From an uncultured virus (IMG/VR IMGVR_UViG_3300007961_000161) (lineage: Duplodnaviria > Heunggongvirae > Uroviricota > Caudoviricetes), in the IMG/VR virus record IMGVR_UViG_3300007961_000161: DNA of 64,000 bases; one strand, given 5' to 3'. This document shows positions 1 to 9,800 of this stretch, piece after piece. Position 1 is the stretch's first letter. Each line of letters opens with the position of its first letter. A program made the position numbers and the translations under genes. The notes beneath the pieces were generated by a model. That model saw only the letters and a program-made list of their open reading frames with translations. It ran no database searches and had not been told where the DNA came from.

Positions 1-178
1 GCCTCTGCGCGAAAATGACATCATCGGTGTGCTGGACGCCGGCGCATACGGTTTTGTCATGGCTTCCACTTACAACCAGCGGCCGCGCCCCGCGGAAGTG
101 CTGATTCAGGCTGATGGGACGCCCCGCCTCATCCGCCGCCGCGAAACCTTTGAACATATGGCCGAACTTCTGGCCTAG
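1..178 (+). CDS. lysA: Diaminopimelate decarboxylase, 3' end (host gene, partial)
   Basis: Frame from nt 2 reads ...DIIGVLDAGAYGFVMASTYNQRPRPAEVLI...RLIRRRETFEHM, the typical LysA C-terminus; TAG at 176-178. Confidence 0.9.
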   Translation, partial: PLRENDIIGVLDAGAYGFVMASTYNQRPRPAEVLIQADGTPRLIRRRETFEHMAELLA

Positions 179-187
179 CCCATGCCT

Positions 188-228
188 TCCAGCGCCGCTC
201 TGCGGCGCTGGATTCTGCTTTTTCTTTA
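188..228 (+). terminator. Intrinsic terminator after lysA
   Basis: TCCAGCGCCGC-TCT-GCGGCGCTGGA hairpin followed by a T-rich tract. Confidence 0.75.
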
Positions 229-496
229 CATTTTCAAAAATTCTGAAGCCATACCCCTAGCTTTTGTTTTTATTTGTCTGGCCATAGTAAGAAGCTCATG
301 TTTGATTAGAGCATTGGAATAAGCATAAGACTATTCCCTCAAAACCTCCCAAGGGAACTTTTTACCTTTTCCTTTTATCTTAACTGGTTATTTGTTCTAT
401 GCTTTTGCTATTCGCAAAAGGCATTGCCCTTTTTTCTGTTGGCAGCCAACCTGCCCTATGGTATTGAAAGACAAAAAAATCCGGGATGGTGCTGTT

Positions 497-1231
497 ATGG
501 CTGTTGATAATAAGAAAGAACAGGAACGGGCGGAGCTTCACAGGACTATCTGGGCTATTGCCAATGATTTGCGTGGTTCCGTGGATGGCTGGGATTTCAA
601 ACAGTATGTGCTTGGAATGCTGTTTTACCGCTACATATCCGAAAACCTGACTGCCTATATCAATCAGCGATTAATTGAAGCTGATGACCCCAAAAATGAC
701 TACGCAACACAGTTTACTGATGAAGAAGCGGAAGAAGCCCGTGAAGAAATGGTGGATACCAAGGGCTTCTTCATCCTTCCGTCAGAGCTTTTCGTCAATG
801 TCCGCAAGAATGCCCCTTATGATGACGATTTGAATGTCACATTGGAAAAAGTATTCAAGCACATTGAACAGTCATCAGCTGGCAGTGACAGCGAGGACGA
901 TTTCAAAGGCTTGTTTGACGATATTGATGTCAACAGCAAGAAACTTGGGAACACCGTTGATGAGCGGAACAAGAAGCTGGTGAAGTTGCTTGACGGCATA
1001 GCCAATATGAAGCTTGGCAACTATCAGGACAACACCATCGATGCCTTTGGTGACGCCTATGAATACCTGATGACGATGTATGCTTCAAATGCTGGCAAGT
1101 CTGGCGGTGAGTTCTATACACCGCAGGAAGTTTCGGAATTGCTGACGAAATTGGCAACGGTAGGGAAAAAATCAGTCAACAAGGTGTATGAAAACATCAC
1201 CTCACAAATGATACTCTTAAATGTTGCTTAA
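497..1231 (+). pseudogene. hsdM: Type I R-M methyltransferase subunit, N-terminal half, interrupted by the prophage
   Basis: ELHRTIWAIANDLRGSVDGWDFKQYVLG, DAFGDAYEYL, AGKSGGEFYTPQEVSELL; similarity stops at VNKVY, where DPACGSG is expected, followed by 13 unrelated codons and a stop. Confidence 0.92.
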
Positions 1232-1234
1232 TGG

Positions 1235-1273
1235 GGGTGGGTAAGTTTTATAATGGGTGGGTATGTTTTATAA
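1235..1273. repeat. 19-bp direct repeat x2 near the att junction
   Basis: GGGTGGGTAAGTTTTATAA (1235) and GGGTGGGTATGTTTTATAA (1255), one mismatch, 20-bp period. Confidence 0.85.
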
Positions 1274-1285
1274 CCCAAAAATGAG

Positions 1286-1313
1286 AAAGCCCCGTCAGCA
1301 ATGACGGGGCTTT
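1286..1313. terminator. Hairpin downstream of the recombinase operon, probably a bidirectional terminator
   Basis: AAAGCCCCGTCA-GCAA-TGACGGGGCTTT, perfect 12-bp stem. Confidence 0.8.
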
Positions 1314-1332
1314 GCTTTGGAAGATGGTGGAA

Positions 1333-2904
1333 TCAGGCTTTGATCACCTGCCCGTTTTTGAAAGTCACGATGATATCGCCGTTCGCATAAACCGTCATGA
1401 ATTCTACCAGGCGAAACCACTTTTCCTCTTCAAAGTCCGCAAGGTCGTGTGGTGATTTTTCCAGTTCCTTCGCAAAGGAAGTAATCTTCATAAACTGGTT
1501 CTGGCGTTTCTGAATCTCATTCTTAACTTCTTCCAGGTGGCGCTTTGCATTTTCATAGCGGGCTACGAGTGCATCATATTTTTCACGGTATTCATGCTGG
1601 TCGAAAGCTGATCGGGCGTTGTCTGTTACCAGCCTATCAGCTAGTTCAGCTTCCCGTGTGAGCGTTTCAATTAGCATATCCCGTTCCGTTTCCAGTTCGG
1701 CGCTCCCGCAGAACAGTTTTGCCGCTTCACGGCAGTTCTGCAGCACTTCTTTTTTGGTCGTAAATATCTGCCTTATAGCTGACTGCACTGCATCTCGTGC
1801 TTCTTCGTCAGTTACGCGGGGGGTCGTGCATTTTACCGCCCCGTTGTATTTCTCGTTACAGCGCCAGACAAGCTTTCGGTATTTGCTGGTGGAGTGCCAA
1901 ATTTTGGAACCATACCATCCGCCACAGTCACCGCATTTTATCTTCCCTGAAAACAAGCGGGTCGAGCTTTTGCTATTTGCAGCCCTCTTAATCATTTCCG
2001 ACTGTACATAATCAAATGTTGCAGGAGCGATGATGGCCTCATGATTGCCTTCAACATAGTATTGAGGGACTTCGCCTTCGTTGATTTTCTGCTTCTTGCT
2101 CAAGAAGTCCACGGTGATTTTTTTCTGGAGAAGCGCATCGCCCTTATATTTTTCGTTGGAGAGAATGCTTTTAACGGTTCCAACGCTCCATTTCCCTGTA
2201 CCGGACGGAGTTCTCACACCTTCGCTTGCAAGTGTTTCAGCTATGCGCGTATAGTTCCTCCCCGAAAGGAAAAGGTCAAATATATGCCTGATGATAACTG
2301 CCTGCTCATGATTAACCACAAGGTTTCCGTCAGGGCCGCGGTCATAGCCCAAAAAGCGACCAAAAGGTACCGTTACTTTTCCGTCAGCAAAACGCTTTCG
2401 CTGACCCCATGTACAGTTTTCTGAAATGCTCCTGCTTTCCTCCTGGGCGAGGGATGACATGATGGTGAGCAGCAGTTCACCCTTGCCGTCAAAGGTCCAG
2501 ATGTTCTCCTTCTCGAAATAGACCTCGACGCCTTTTTCCTTCAGCTTCCGTATGGTGGTGAGGCTGTCCACGGTGTTGCGGGCGAAGCGGCTGACCGACT
2601 TGGTAATGATGAGGTCAATCTTCCCGTCCAGGGCGTCCGCCACCATGCGCTTGAATCCTTCTCGGCGTTTCATGCTCGTGCCGGTGATGCCTTCATCCGT
2701 GTAGACCTCCACGAACTGCCAGTCGGAACGCCCCTTGATGTAGTTCGTGTAATAGTCGATTTGCGCCTGGTAGCTGGTGAACTGGTCGTCATGGTCAGTC
2801 GAAACCCTGGCGTATCCGGCAACCTTGCGCTTCGCCGCTGCAACAACGGGAGCGGCGGTAAAAGGAACCCGAGTCGCAGGAAGAACAGTTACTTTTGCGG
2901 CCAT
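1333..2904 (-). CDS. Large serine recombinase (resolvase, recombinase and Zn-ribbon domains)
   Basis: VAGYARVST catalytic motif, ITKSVSRFARN, CGDCG...WRC Zn ribbon, C-terminal coiled coil; start placed at MAAKVTV. Confidence 0.95.
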   Translation of the reverse strand: MAAKVTVLPATRVPFTAAPVVAAAKRKVAGYARVSTDHDDQFTSYQAQIDYYTNYIKGRSDWQFVEVYTDEGITGTSMKRREGFKRMVADALDGKIDLIITKSVSRFARNTVDSLTTIRKLKEKGVEVYFEKENIWTFDGKGELLLTIMSSLAQEESRSISENCTWGQRKRFADGKVTVPFGRFLGYDRGPDGNLVVNHEQAVIIRHIFDLFLSGRNYTRIAETLASEGVRTPSGTGKWSVGTVKSILSNEKYKGDALLQKKITVDFLSKKQKINEGEVPQYYVEGNHEAIIAPATFDYVQSEMIKRAANSKSSTRLFSGKIKCGDCGGWYGSKIWHSTSKYRKLVWRCNEKYNGAVKCTTPRVTDEEARDAVQSAIRQIFTTKKEVLQNCREAAKLFCGSAELETERDMLIETLTREAELADRLVTDNARSAFDQHEYREKYDALVARYENAKRHLEEVKNEIQKRQNQFMKITSFAKELEKSPHDLADFEEEKWFRLVEFMTVYANGDIIVTFKNGQVIKA

Positions 2905-4640
2905 TTCTTTGTCCTCCGAATTTCCTTCATCTTTTCGCTCATCATTTTCCTGCGCTCCGGGGTATTCCATTCTTTAGCCAGTTCAGAAAATCTAGCCCTG
3001 CGTTCATCAGTCCAGATTGTTGGCTTCGGCTTGTAGGAGTACTGCCTGACAGCAATGCCGCCATCAGCCAAGTGGAATGTAAGCAGCTTTTCCTTGCTGA
3101 CGATGATGCTGGAAACCCGCTCCCTGAAAGCATGCTCGTCAAAAGCATCCAGCCCCAGGACATCGGCAGAAATCTCTTTCAGGACGTCCTCGCGGATGCC
3201 GATGCCTTCGCGGCGCCAATATTTGACGTAGCCGCCGTTGGCTCGCCTGAAGGGGGCCCCGCTTTCAGAACATATGCGGCGCGTGAAAGGATGGAATCGG
3301 CCGCCTTCCTTTATCTGGTAAGCCTTCACCCATTCCCGTTGGCGCTCCTTATAGTCATCCGTCCACACGTCTTTCTTGGCGGTGGATTTCCATTCATGCC
3401 TTCTCACCATGCCGTCCTTGAATATGAACTCAAGCAGCCCGTTGCCGATGACATTGATGCGTTCAACTTTTTCCGCGAAAATTTTATCTGAAAATTCGGC
3501 CAAACCCAATGCCTCGGCGCAGGCTCGGCGAAGGATGGCTTCGGGAATCGCCTTCATGGGGCATTTCATACCTTTCTTCCTGCGAGTCCCGCATGACCAC
3601 AATGCATAGCTTCCCGCCGGATACAGCGAGAATGCCTTTGCATTATTCCTGCGGCTGCCCCTCATAAATGACGCGCCACAGCTTCCGCATTTAATCCTGC
3701 CCGTGAAGCAGGAAGTGTTGAGGCTCTTATTCGCCAGCGGACCGAGTTCCTTCCTGCGGGCGATTTCGCCCTGGACATATTGAAACGTATCCAAGCTGAT
3801 TATCGGCTTATGATGGTTCTCAATCCAGTACTGCGGCAATTCGCCGCGATTCTTCTTTTTTTGCTTGCTGACCGGATCCGCGATGAATTCCTTCTGAAGC
3901 AGAAGGTTTCCTGTATAGGTGACGTTGGTGAGCACAGCCTTGATATTGGAATCGACCCACCGGCATCCTTTCGCCGTGGTGATGCCTTCGGCTGCGAACT
4001 CGCGCTCCGTTTCCAGCCGCGATTTGCCGTCCAGGAAATTTTGGAAAATCCGCCTGACTACGGCTGCCTCCTCCGGGACTATGACCATGCTGTCGCCTTC
4101 CCATCTGTAGCCGTACACGCGGAAATGCGTGCATGGCTCGCCCTTGGCGAACCGCTTCCTGATTCCCCATTTGACGTTGCTGCTCAGGCTAGTGATTTCC
4201 TCCTGTGCGAAGGACGCTAGCAGCGTCAGCATGACCTCTCCCGTCCCGTCAAAAGTGCTGATGCCTTCCTTCTCGAAGCGCACCTCGACGCCGATTTCCT
4301 TGAGACGCCGCACCGTGTTCAGAAGGTCGACCGTGTTCCTGGCGAACCGCGATATGGACTTGGTGATGACGAGGTCTATTTTCCCCGCCTCGCAGTCGGC
4401 GAGCAAACGTGAGAACTCCGGGCGCTTTGCGGCAATGGTTCCGGTCACGCCCTCATCAGCATAAACCCCGGCGTATTCCCATTCCGGATTTGACTGGATC
4501 ATGGCGCTGTAGTGGCTCACCTGCGCTGAAAGGGAATGGTGAAGCCGCTCCGTTTCCATAGATACCCTGGCGTATGCGGCCACACGTTTCCGGACAAGAA
4601 ATTTTTCTTTTTTTACCTGTATTTTCGTTACGTTAGGCAT
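2889..4640 (-). CDS. Second large serine recombinase
   Basis: VAAYARVSM, ITKSISRFARNTVD, CGSCG...WSC Zn ribbon. Confidence 0.95.
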   Translation of the reverse strand: MPNVTKIQVKKEKFLVRKRVAAYARVSMETERLHHSLSAQVSHYSAMIQSNPEWEYAGVYADEGVTGTIAAKRPEFSRLLADCEAGKIDLVITKSISRFARNTVDLLNTVRRLKEIGVEVRFEKEGISTFDGTGEVMLTLLASFAQEEITSLSSNVKWGIRKRFAKGEPCTHFRVYGYRWEGDSMVIVPEEAAVVRRIFQNFLDGKSRLETEREFAAEGITTAKGCRWVDSNIKAVLTNVTYTGNLLLQKEFIADPVSKQKKKNRGELPQYWIENHHKPIISLDTFQYVQGEIARRKELGPLANKSLNTSCFTGRIKCGSCGASFMRGSRRNNAKAFSLYPAGSYALWSCGTRRKKGMKCPMKAIPEAILRRACAEALGLAEFSDKIFAEKVERINVIGNGLLEFIFKDGMVRRHEWKSTAKKDVWTDDYKERQREWVKAYQIKEGGRFHPFTRRICSESGAPFRRANGGYVKYWRREGIGIREDVLKEISADVLGLDAFDEHAFRERVSSIIVSKEKLLTFHLADGGIAVRQYSYKPKPTIWTDERRARFSELAKEWNTPERRKMMSEKMKEIRRTKKWPQK

Positions 4641-4674
4641 GTTATCCTCCAGGGCGCATACAGCCGTAATTGTA

Positions 4675-4848
4675 TCAATTAGTCAACGACAATATGCCCG
4701 CTGGAGGATTGTATTTTTCGGCAAGTTTCTTACCGAGATCGCGGTATTGCTCCTCTATGATGATGCCTTTCGTGAGCATAGCACGGAAGAAATCCATGCC
4801 CATCAGGAACCTCGCCTCACGGTCTAACTGAGCATCAGACATGACCAT
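4675..4848 (-). CDS. Small SHOCT-like protein (copy 1)
   Basis: MLTKGIIIEEQY...LAEKYNP pattern, typical of small genes upstream of paired serine recombinases. Confidence 0.7.
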   Translation of the reverse strand: MVMSDAQLDREARFLMGMDFFRAMLTKGIIIEEQYRDLGKKLAEKYNPPAGILSLTN

Positions 4849-5239
4849 ATCTCGCGAAGCGTGAACATTCCCGTGAGCAATAAATACGGTGCGCATTTCC
4901 GTAGGCAGAAAAAGCGCTGCCGCAGACCGGGCATGTGTAAGAGTACATTGCCTTGCGGTTCATTTTTTCGGGATTTGCGTTCCACCATGCTAGGCGGCAT
5001 TCCGTGGAACAGAACTTGCGTTTTTTCTTACCAGGAGTATGCGTCAGCGTTTTCCCGCAGTTTCTGCAGAAATCGCCATCGTATTCATTTTTTCCATTGC
5101 TTTTGAATCCTGTAAGCCCTTTACGCCGGCAGTAGCTCGACACCTGATCCTTTGTCAGACCCATTTTCTTTGCGATACCTGCATAGCCAAGACCCATGTT
5201 CCTAAGTTTACCAATTTGCTCTTTTTGCAGTTCCGTCAT
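4835..5239 (-). CDS. HTH + Zn-finger protein (copy 1)
   Basis: N-terminal HTH (GLGYAGIAKKMGLTKDQVSSYCRR); CRNCG, FCSTEC, CPVCG, YCSREC. Confidence 0.8.
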   Translation of the reverse strand: MTELQKEQIGKLRNMGLGYAGIAKKMGLTKDQVSSYCRRKGLTGFKSNGKNEYDGDFCRNCGKTLTHTPGKKKRKFCSTECRLAWWNANPEKMNRKAMYSYTCPVCGSAFSAYGNAHRIYCSRECSRFARYGHV

Positions 5240-5285
5240 GAGTGACCTCCATGTGCTTTTGTCACTGACATAGACCGTCAATGTA

Positions 5286-5453
5286 TCAATAAGTCAACGG
5301 GAATACGCAGAGTGTGGGGTTATATTTATTGACCATAATTTTTTCGATTTGGGCATGCTGATCTTCAGTGATGATTCCTTCAGCAAGCATGACGTTAAAG
5401 GCCGCCATGCTTGCCATGAAAAAAGCTTCCCGCCGAAACTGGTCATCACTCAT
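5286..5453 (-). CDS. Small SHOCT-like protein (copy 2)
   Basis: MSDDQFRRE...MLAEGIITEDQ...KYNP, paralogous to 4675-4848. Confidence 0.7.
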   Translation of the reverse strand: MSDDQFRREAFFMASMAAFNVMLAEGIITEDQHAQIEKIMVNKYNPTLCVFPLTY

Positions 5454-5841
5454 GATGGAATCTTGATTCAATATAGCAGGCATGGCAGCAATATTTTCTT
5501 TCAGCATGTCCATATACGGTAAATTCCATGCCGCAGCATGGGCAGGTCACAGAAGTTGATTTTCTGTGCTTCAACATTTCCGGGTGTTTTTTCCACCAGT
5601 TTTTGCGGCATTCAGAGGAACAAAACTTCCGCCTTTTCATACCGGGTATTTGTTTAACGGGCTTTCCACATTCAGGACATCGGTCTTGCAGCGATGCATC
5701 CGCTTTTATCCCCGACAGCCCGTGCGAACGACAGTACGCCTTGACGCTTTCCCGCGCCAGTCCAGCCGCTTTTGCCACTTCTCCATAGCCGCAACCCCAG
5801 CCCCGCATCTCATGAATTTTTTTACGCTGTGCATCTGTCAT
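5446..5841 (-). CDS. HTH + Zn-finger protein (copy 2)
   Basis: Paralog of 4835-5239: CPECG, FCSSEC, CPCCG, YCCHAC. Confidence 0.8.
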   Translation of the reverse strand: MTDAQRKKIHEMRGWGCGYGEVAKAAGLARESVKAYCRSHGLSGIKADASLQDRCPECGKPVKQIPGMKRRKFCSSECRKNWWKKHPEMLKHRKSTSVTCPCCGMEFTVYGHAERKYCCHACYIESRFHHE

Positions 5842-5944
5842 GATCAGCACCTCCTATAAGCCTATGGAGGCGAACAGCCCTGATGAACGAAAAGAAGTTG
5901 ACAATTTTTCTGTTCTACGGCTGTATCCTGACAGGAGAATTACT

Positions 5945-6331
5945 ATGGACGAAAAATGGATGAATCACTTCGTATGCAGCGTGCTTACGAACTCAGGGTT
6001 GGCGGACCTGAATGCCGCAACTGGCATGGGAATTGGAGTGGTCAATGCTCCATGCCCCGGCTTGATAGAAGCCGAGGATAATCTGACCAGACGTAGCGTC
6101 CTGATAGCCTTTGACGACGGCGAAACCAAGGATGCGACCTTCGGCAGGATGATGACGTATGCCGGTGCAACGGAGGCAAAGGCATTTGTGTGGATAGCGG
6201 GACATGCCTTCCCGCCGCATGTCGTTTCTTGCGAGTGGCTCAACGAACATTCGGCAGGGATGGAATTTTATCTTCTGGAAGTCAGGTTCAAGGACATGAA
6301 TCCAGTTTTTGAAGTGAAGGTGAAGCCATGA
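5945..6331 (+). CDS. Degenerate PD-(D/E)xK-like domain protein (resembles the N-terminus of DUF4268 proteins)
   Basis: AGGAGA RBS; FGRMMTYAGATEAKAFVWIA...EWLNE...FYLLEV pattern. Confidence 0.5.
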   Translation: MDEKWMNHFVCSVLTNSGLADLNAATGMGIGVVNAPCPGLIEAEDNLTRRSVLIAFDDGETKDATFGRMMTYAGATEAKAFVWIAGHAFPPHVVSCEWLNEHSAGMEFYLLEVRFKDMNPVFEVKVKP

Positions 6332-6660
6332 TGAAGAAGGAAGAAATCGAAAGACTGCGCAGGCAGTTCCCCGCTGGGACGCGGGTCGAACTTGTCGAGA
6401 TGGACGACCAGCAGGCCCCGCCCCAGGGGACGAGGGGGACGGTCGAGGGCGTTGATGACGCCGGCGACCTGCTGATGTGCTGGGATACGGGATCATGCCT
6501 CAACGTGATATGGGGCGTGGATATAATCAGGAAGGTCTGCCCGAAATGCGGTGAAGCATACGATGGCTATCCGGCGATCTCCCGCGTGGATGGCAGTGAT
6601 ATCTGTCCTAAATGCGGAGTTCGTGAAGCGCTGGAGGCGTTCGCTGACGCAATGAGATAA
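6328..6660 (+). CDS. DUF4314-family protein with C-terminal Zn ribbon
   Basis: LRRQFPAGTRVELVEMDDQQAPPQGTRGTVEGVDDAG...WDTGS; CPKCG twice. Confidence 0.85.
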   Translation: MMKKEEIERLRRQFPAGTRVELVEMDDQQAPPQGTRGTVEGVDDAGDLLMCWDTGSCLNVIWGVDIIRKVCPKCGEAYDGYPAISRVDGSDICPKCGVREALEAFADAMR

Positions 6661-6837
6661 AAAAATCGACAAAGATCTTCAGACATAGACAATTCCAATA
6701 GTTAGTAAATATAATTATAACAGTTTGTTATATCTTTTTATGAGTCGCAGGCACTCCTTAGAGAGGTTACTAGACTTTTATAGATACTACATTGTAAAAT
6801 AGACTCGCATAACATAAAACAACGACGAGTTTTTGCA

Positions 6838-9800
6838 ATGGAAACCTACACTGAAGAAATCAATGCCCCCGCTGATAAAAAAATGTTTATTCAGCGAATT
6901 TTTCACGAATATGAACCATCAGAACGGGTAGCCAGGAATCTTGCTAATGCTCTACGTAATTTAATGGGGGATTTATATACTGAGCCAGAACGATTCATCT
7001 TTGAACTGCTTCAAAACGCAGATGATAAGCCTGCGGAGAACTCATGTGTGAAAATCCATCTGCAGCTTCTTGAAGATACTTTAATTTTTTTTCATAACGG
7101 CAAACCATTTAACTTGTCAGATGTTAATAGCATCTGCAGTATTGGAGACAGCACAAAGAATGATGATTCAGAAAAAATTGGATATAAAGGCATTGGTTTT
7201 AAATCCGTTTTCGCCAATTCAGATACTGTATACATCAATTCAGGAGGCTTTTCTTTTTCCTTCGATAAGGTGTCACCTCTTCATAACCGTGCTGGAAACA
7301 TAAACGAAGTTCCATGGCAAATAAAACCTATATGGGTTGCAAAAGAACATTACCCAAAATCCATTCAAAAAGTTGAGGCGTTTTTCAAATCTCCAGTTGC
7401 AATCGCCTTGTCAATATCTAAGGATCAGGCAAAAGAATATGCATTAATGATCCCAAAGCTGTTGGCTGAACCGCGTTTCATTCTGTTTTTACGCAATGTT
7501 TCTTCATTAAAATATATTGATTTTACTGGAACAAATTTATCTATCCAGAAAGAAGATAATAATGGCATTTGCAACCTCATTGTTAACGGAAAAGCAAGTA
7601 GTACTTGGCTGACAGAAGATTTTATTATCGATGTATCAGAAGATACCAAAGGGAAAATTAAGTCTGACAATCTCGTCCCTGATAAATTAAAAAAAGCTGT
7701 GAAGACAAAGCTGACGTTTGCCATCCCCTATGAGGGGCGCCGTATTGAAAAGGTCGAACAAAAACAGTCATTCCTTTTTTCCTACTTACCGACAAAAGTT
7801 TCTGATTTTCAGTTCCCATTCTTGAGCAATGGAGATTTCTTAACTACTGCCAACCGGGAAAGCATTCATTTTAAAACTGATTGGAATGTATTTCTTTTTA
7901 AATGCCTTGGTTCAAAAATTGTTGATTGGGCTATAAACCTTTCCAATAAAAGAATTCCAAATTATCTTGATGTGTTGCCAGGGTTCTTGGATGAAGAGGA
8001 TTGGGCGGGGGCAAGGCTGGCCAATGCGTTTAATGTCGCATACAGGAAAGCCTTGGAAGAATCAGCCTTTATAGTTAATGAAGAAGAAAGTCTTTCCAAG
8101 CAGGTTGATTGCATCATTGATAAAACAGGGCTTTCCCATATAACTGGATCTAAATTGTTCCGTGAAGTTATGGGAACACCTAAGCATTTGCCGGCTGATG
8201 CGTTAGATGCTCGAGTTTTGGAAAGGAAGCCCTTTGATAAGATTGACACGTTGAATTTTGCTGATGTCATCTCCGTCATTGCCAATAAACCCCTTTTTTC
8301 AAAATTATTCGTTTCTCTCAACGATGAGCAAAAAGTTTCGCTTTATAAATGGATTGGTAGTAATGATACTCCAGATCAGCATGACAGCTTAGTGACATTT
8401 GCAAGTCATCTACCAGCATTTCTTTTTAGCGGAGAGTACATTTCTTTCGAAGACATTACATCTGGTAATTATGCCATTACGACTCCGCACATTGCTTCAG
8501 TTAAGGCTATTCTTCAAAAACTTGGCATCATATGCTCTGACACTCTGTACGATGAATCCCATCCATTGTTTTCCATCCTTGGAAAACTGGATGAAAAAAA
8601 ATTATTTGAAATGATTGTGCAATGCGATTTTTCATGCCTCCAAGATGCAGAAAGACATTCATTATTTTGTGCGCTAAAGGACTTTGATGGCATCGGAATG
8701 AATTCTATCAAGGGACTAGCCTTATTAAAAAACATGAATGGTAAATTCAGACCGCTCGGCGAAATGACGGCGTATCGCGAAAATACACCATCATGGCTTT
8801 TCGATCACGTTTTGAGTAAAGAAGATACCTCAAACGACGTGCTGGTCTATCTCATCAAAAGAAAAGAAGAGTTCGAAAAGATAATTCAGGTTCACTGCGG
8901 TGAGATAGATGCCACTTTTTCCGAAATACATAAAGAATACTCAAAAGAATGGACAGGTCAATTCACCCGTGAGCTTATCGACAACTACCCCAACGAAATC
9001 CAAAAGGTCAGCAATGGACTTCTAAAAATCATAGAAGAATCCGATACTGAAACGAAAACGTATTTTCTGAACAAGATTGAAAAAGTCGATCTTTCTTCAA
9101 ATAAAACATATAGTATCGATTCATATGAATCGCGAGTACTCCAACTTGCGCTGGCCGTTCTCAACAGCCCGCTCGAACTGTCACCTAAGATTTATTATGA
9201 TGGACAATGCATCAAAAATTTTACCGTGACGGATGACGTTATATGCGATTTTATACAAAGCGGAGTGAGCAGAACGGTAACGATGTCACTGTCGAAGTTG
9301 CTGCCACGATATTTGAGCCGATCTGATGTGATTGATGCAATCAAATGCTTATTTGAAAACAAAAATGATCTAGATAGGTTTTTTGATGCCAAGCCGATTC
9401 CTCTGTCAGATATTTACAAAGAGGTCATCCGGCTTTTGGGTATTCCGGAAAAGAGTTGTGTCAATTGGAAAAATGTCGGCGGCAATGCATATCAATATTT
9501 ATTCGCTGTATATTACAGGCGGAAAACATGGAACTTTTATGGCCCGTATCTCCCCAGGATAGACTTATCAAATCAATCTGCATCTTTTGTCCAGGATTTA
9601 ATGACTTTCCTTTATGAAAATCAAATCGTATTTAAGCAATCACCTTTTACAAGTCAGCTTTCATTGTACTTCTCAGGAAAGTTTTTTGCTAATGAATATA
9701 TCCTCCCTAAGGAGCAAATATTAACGGTGTTGGAATCATGGGCTAATGATGATGAAAAAAAGAAATATCTGCAAGATTGTGGCGTTGGGTTACCGAGTTC

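Noticed and set aside
392..496. Upstream TTG start for hsdM
   Set aside because: HsdM-like sequence begins at the ATG at 497
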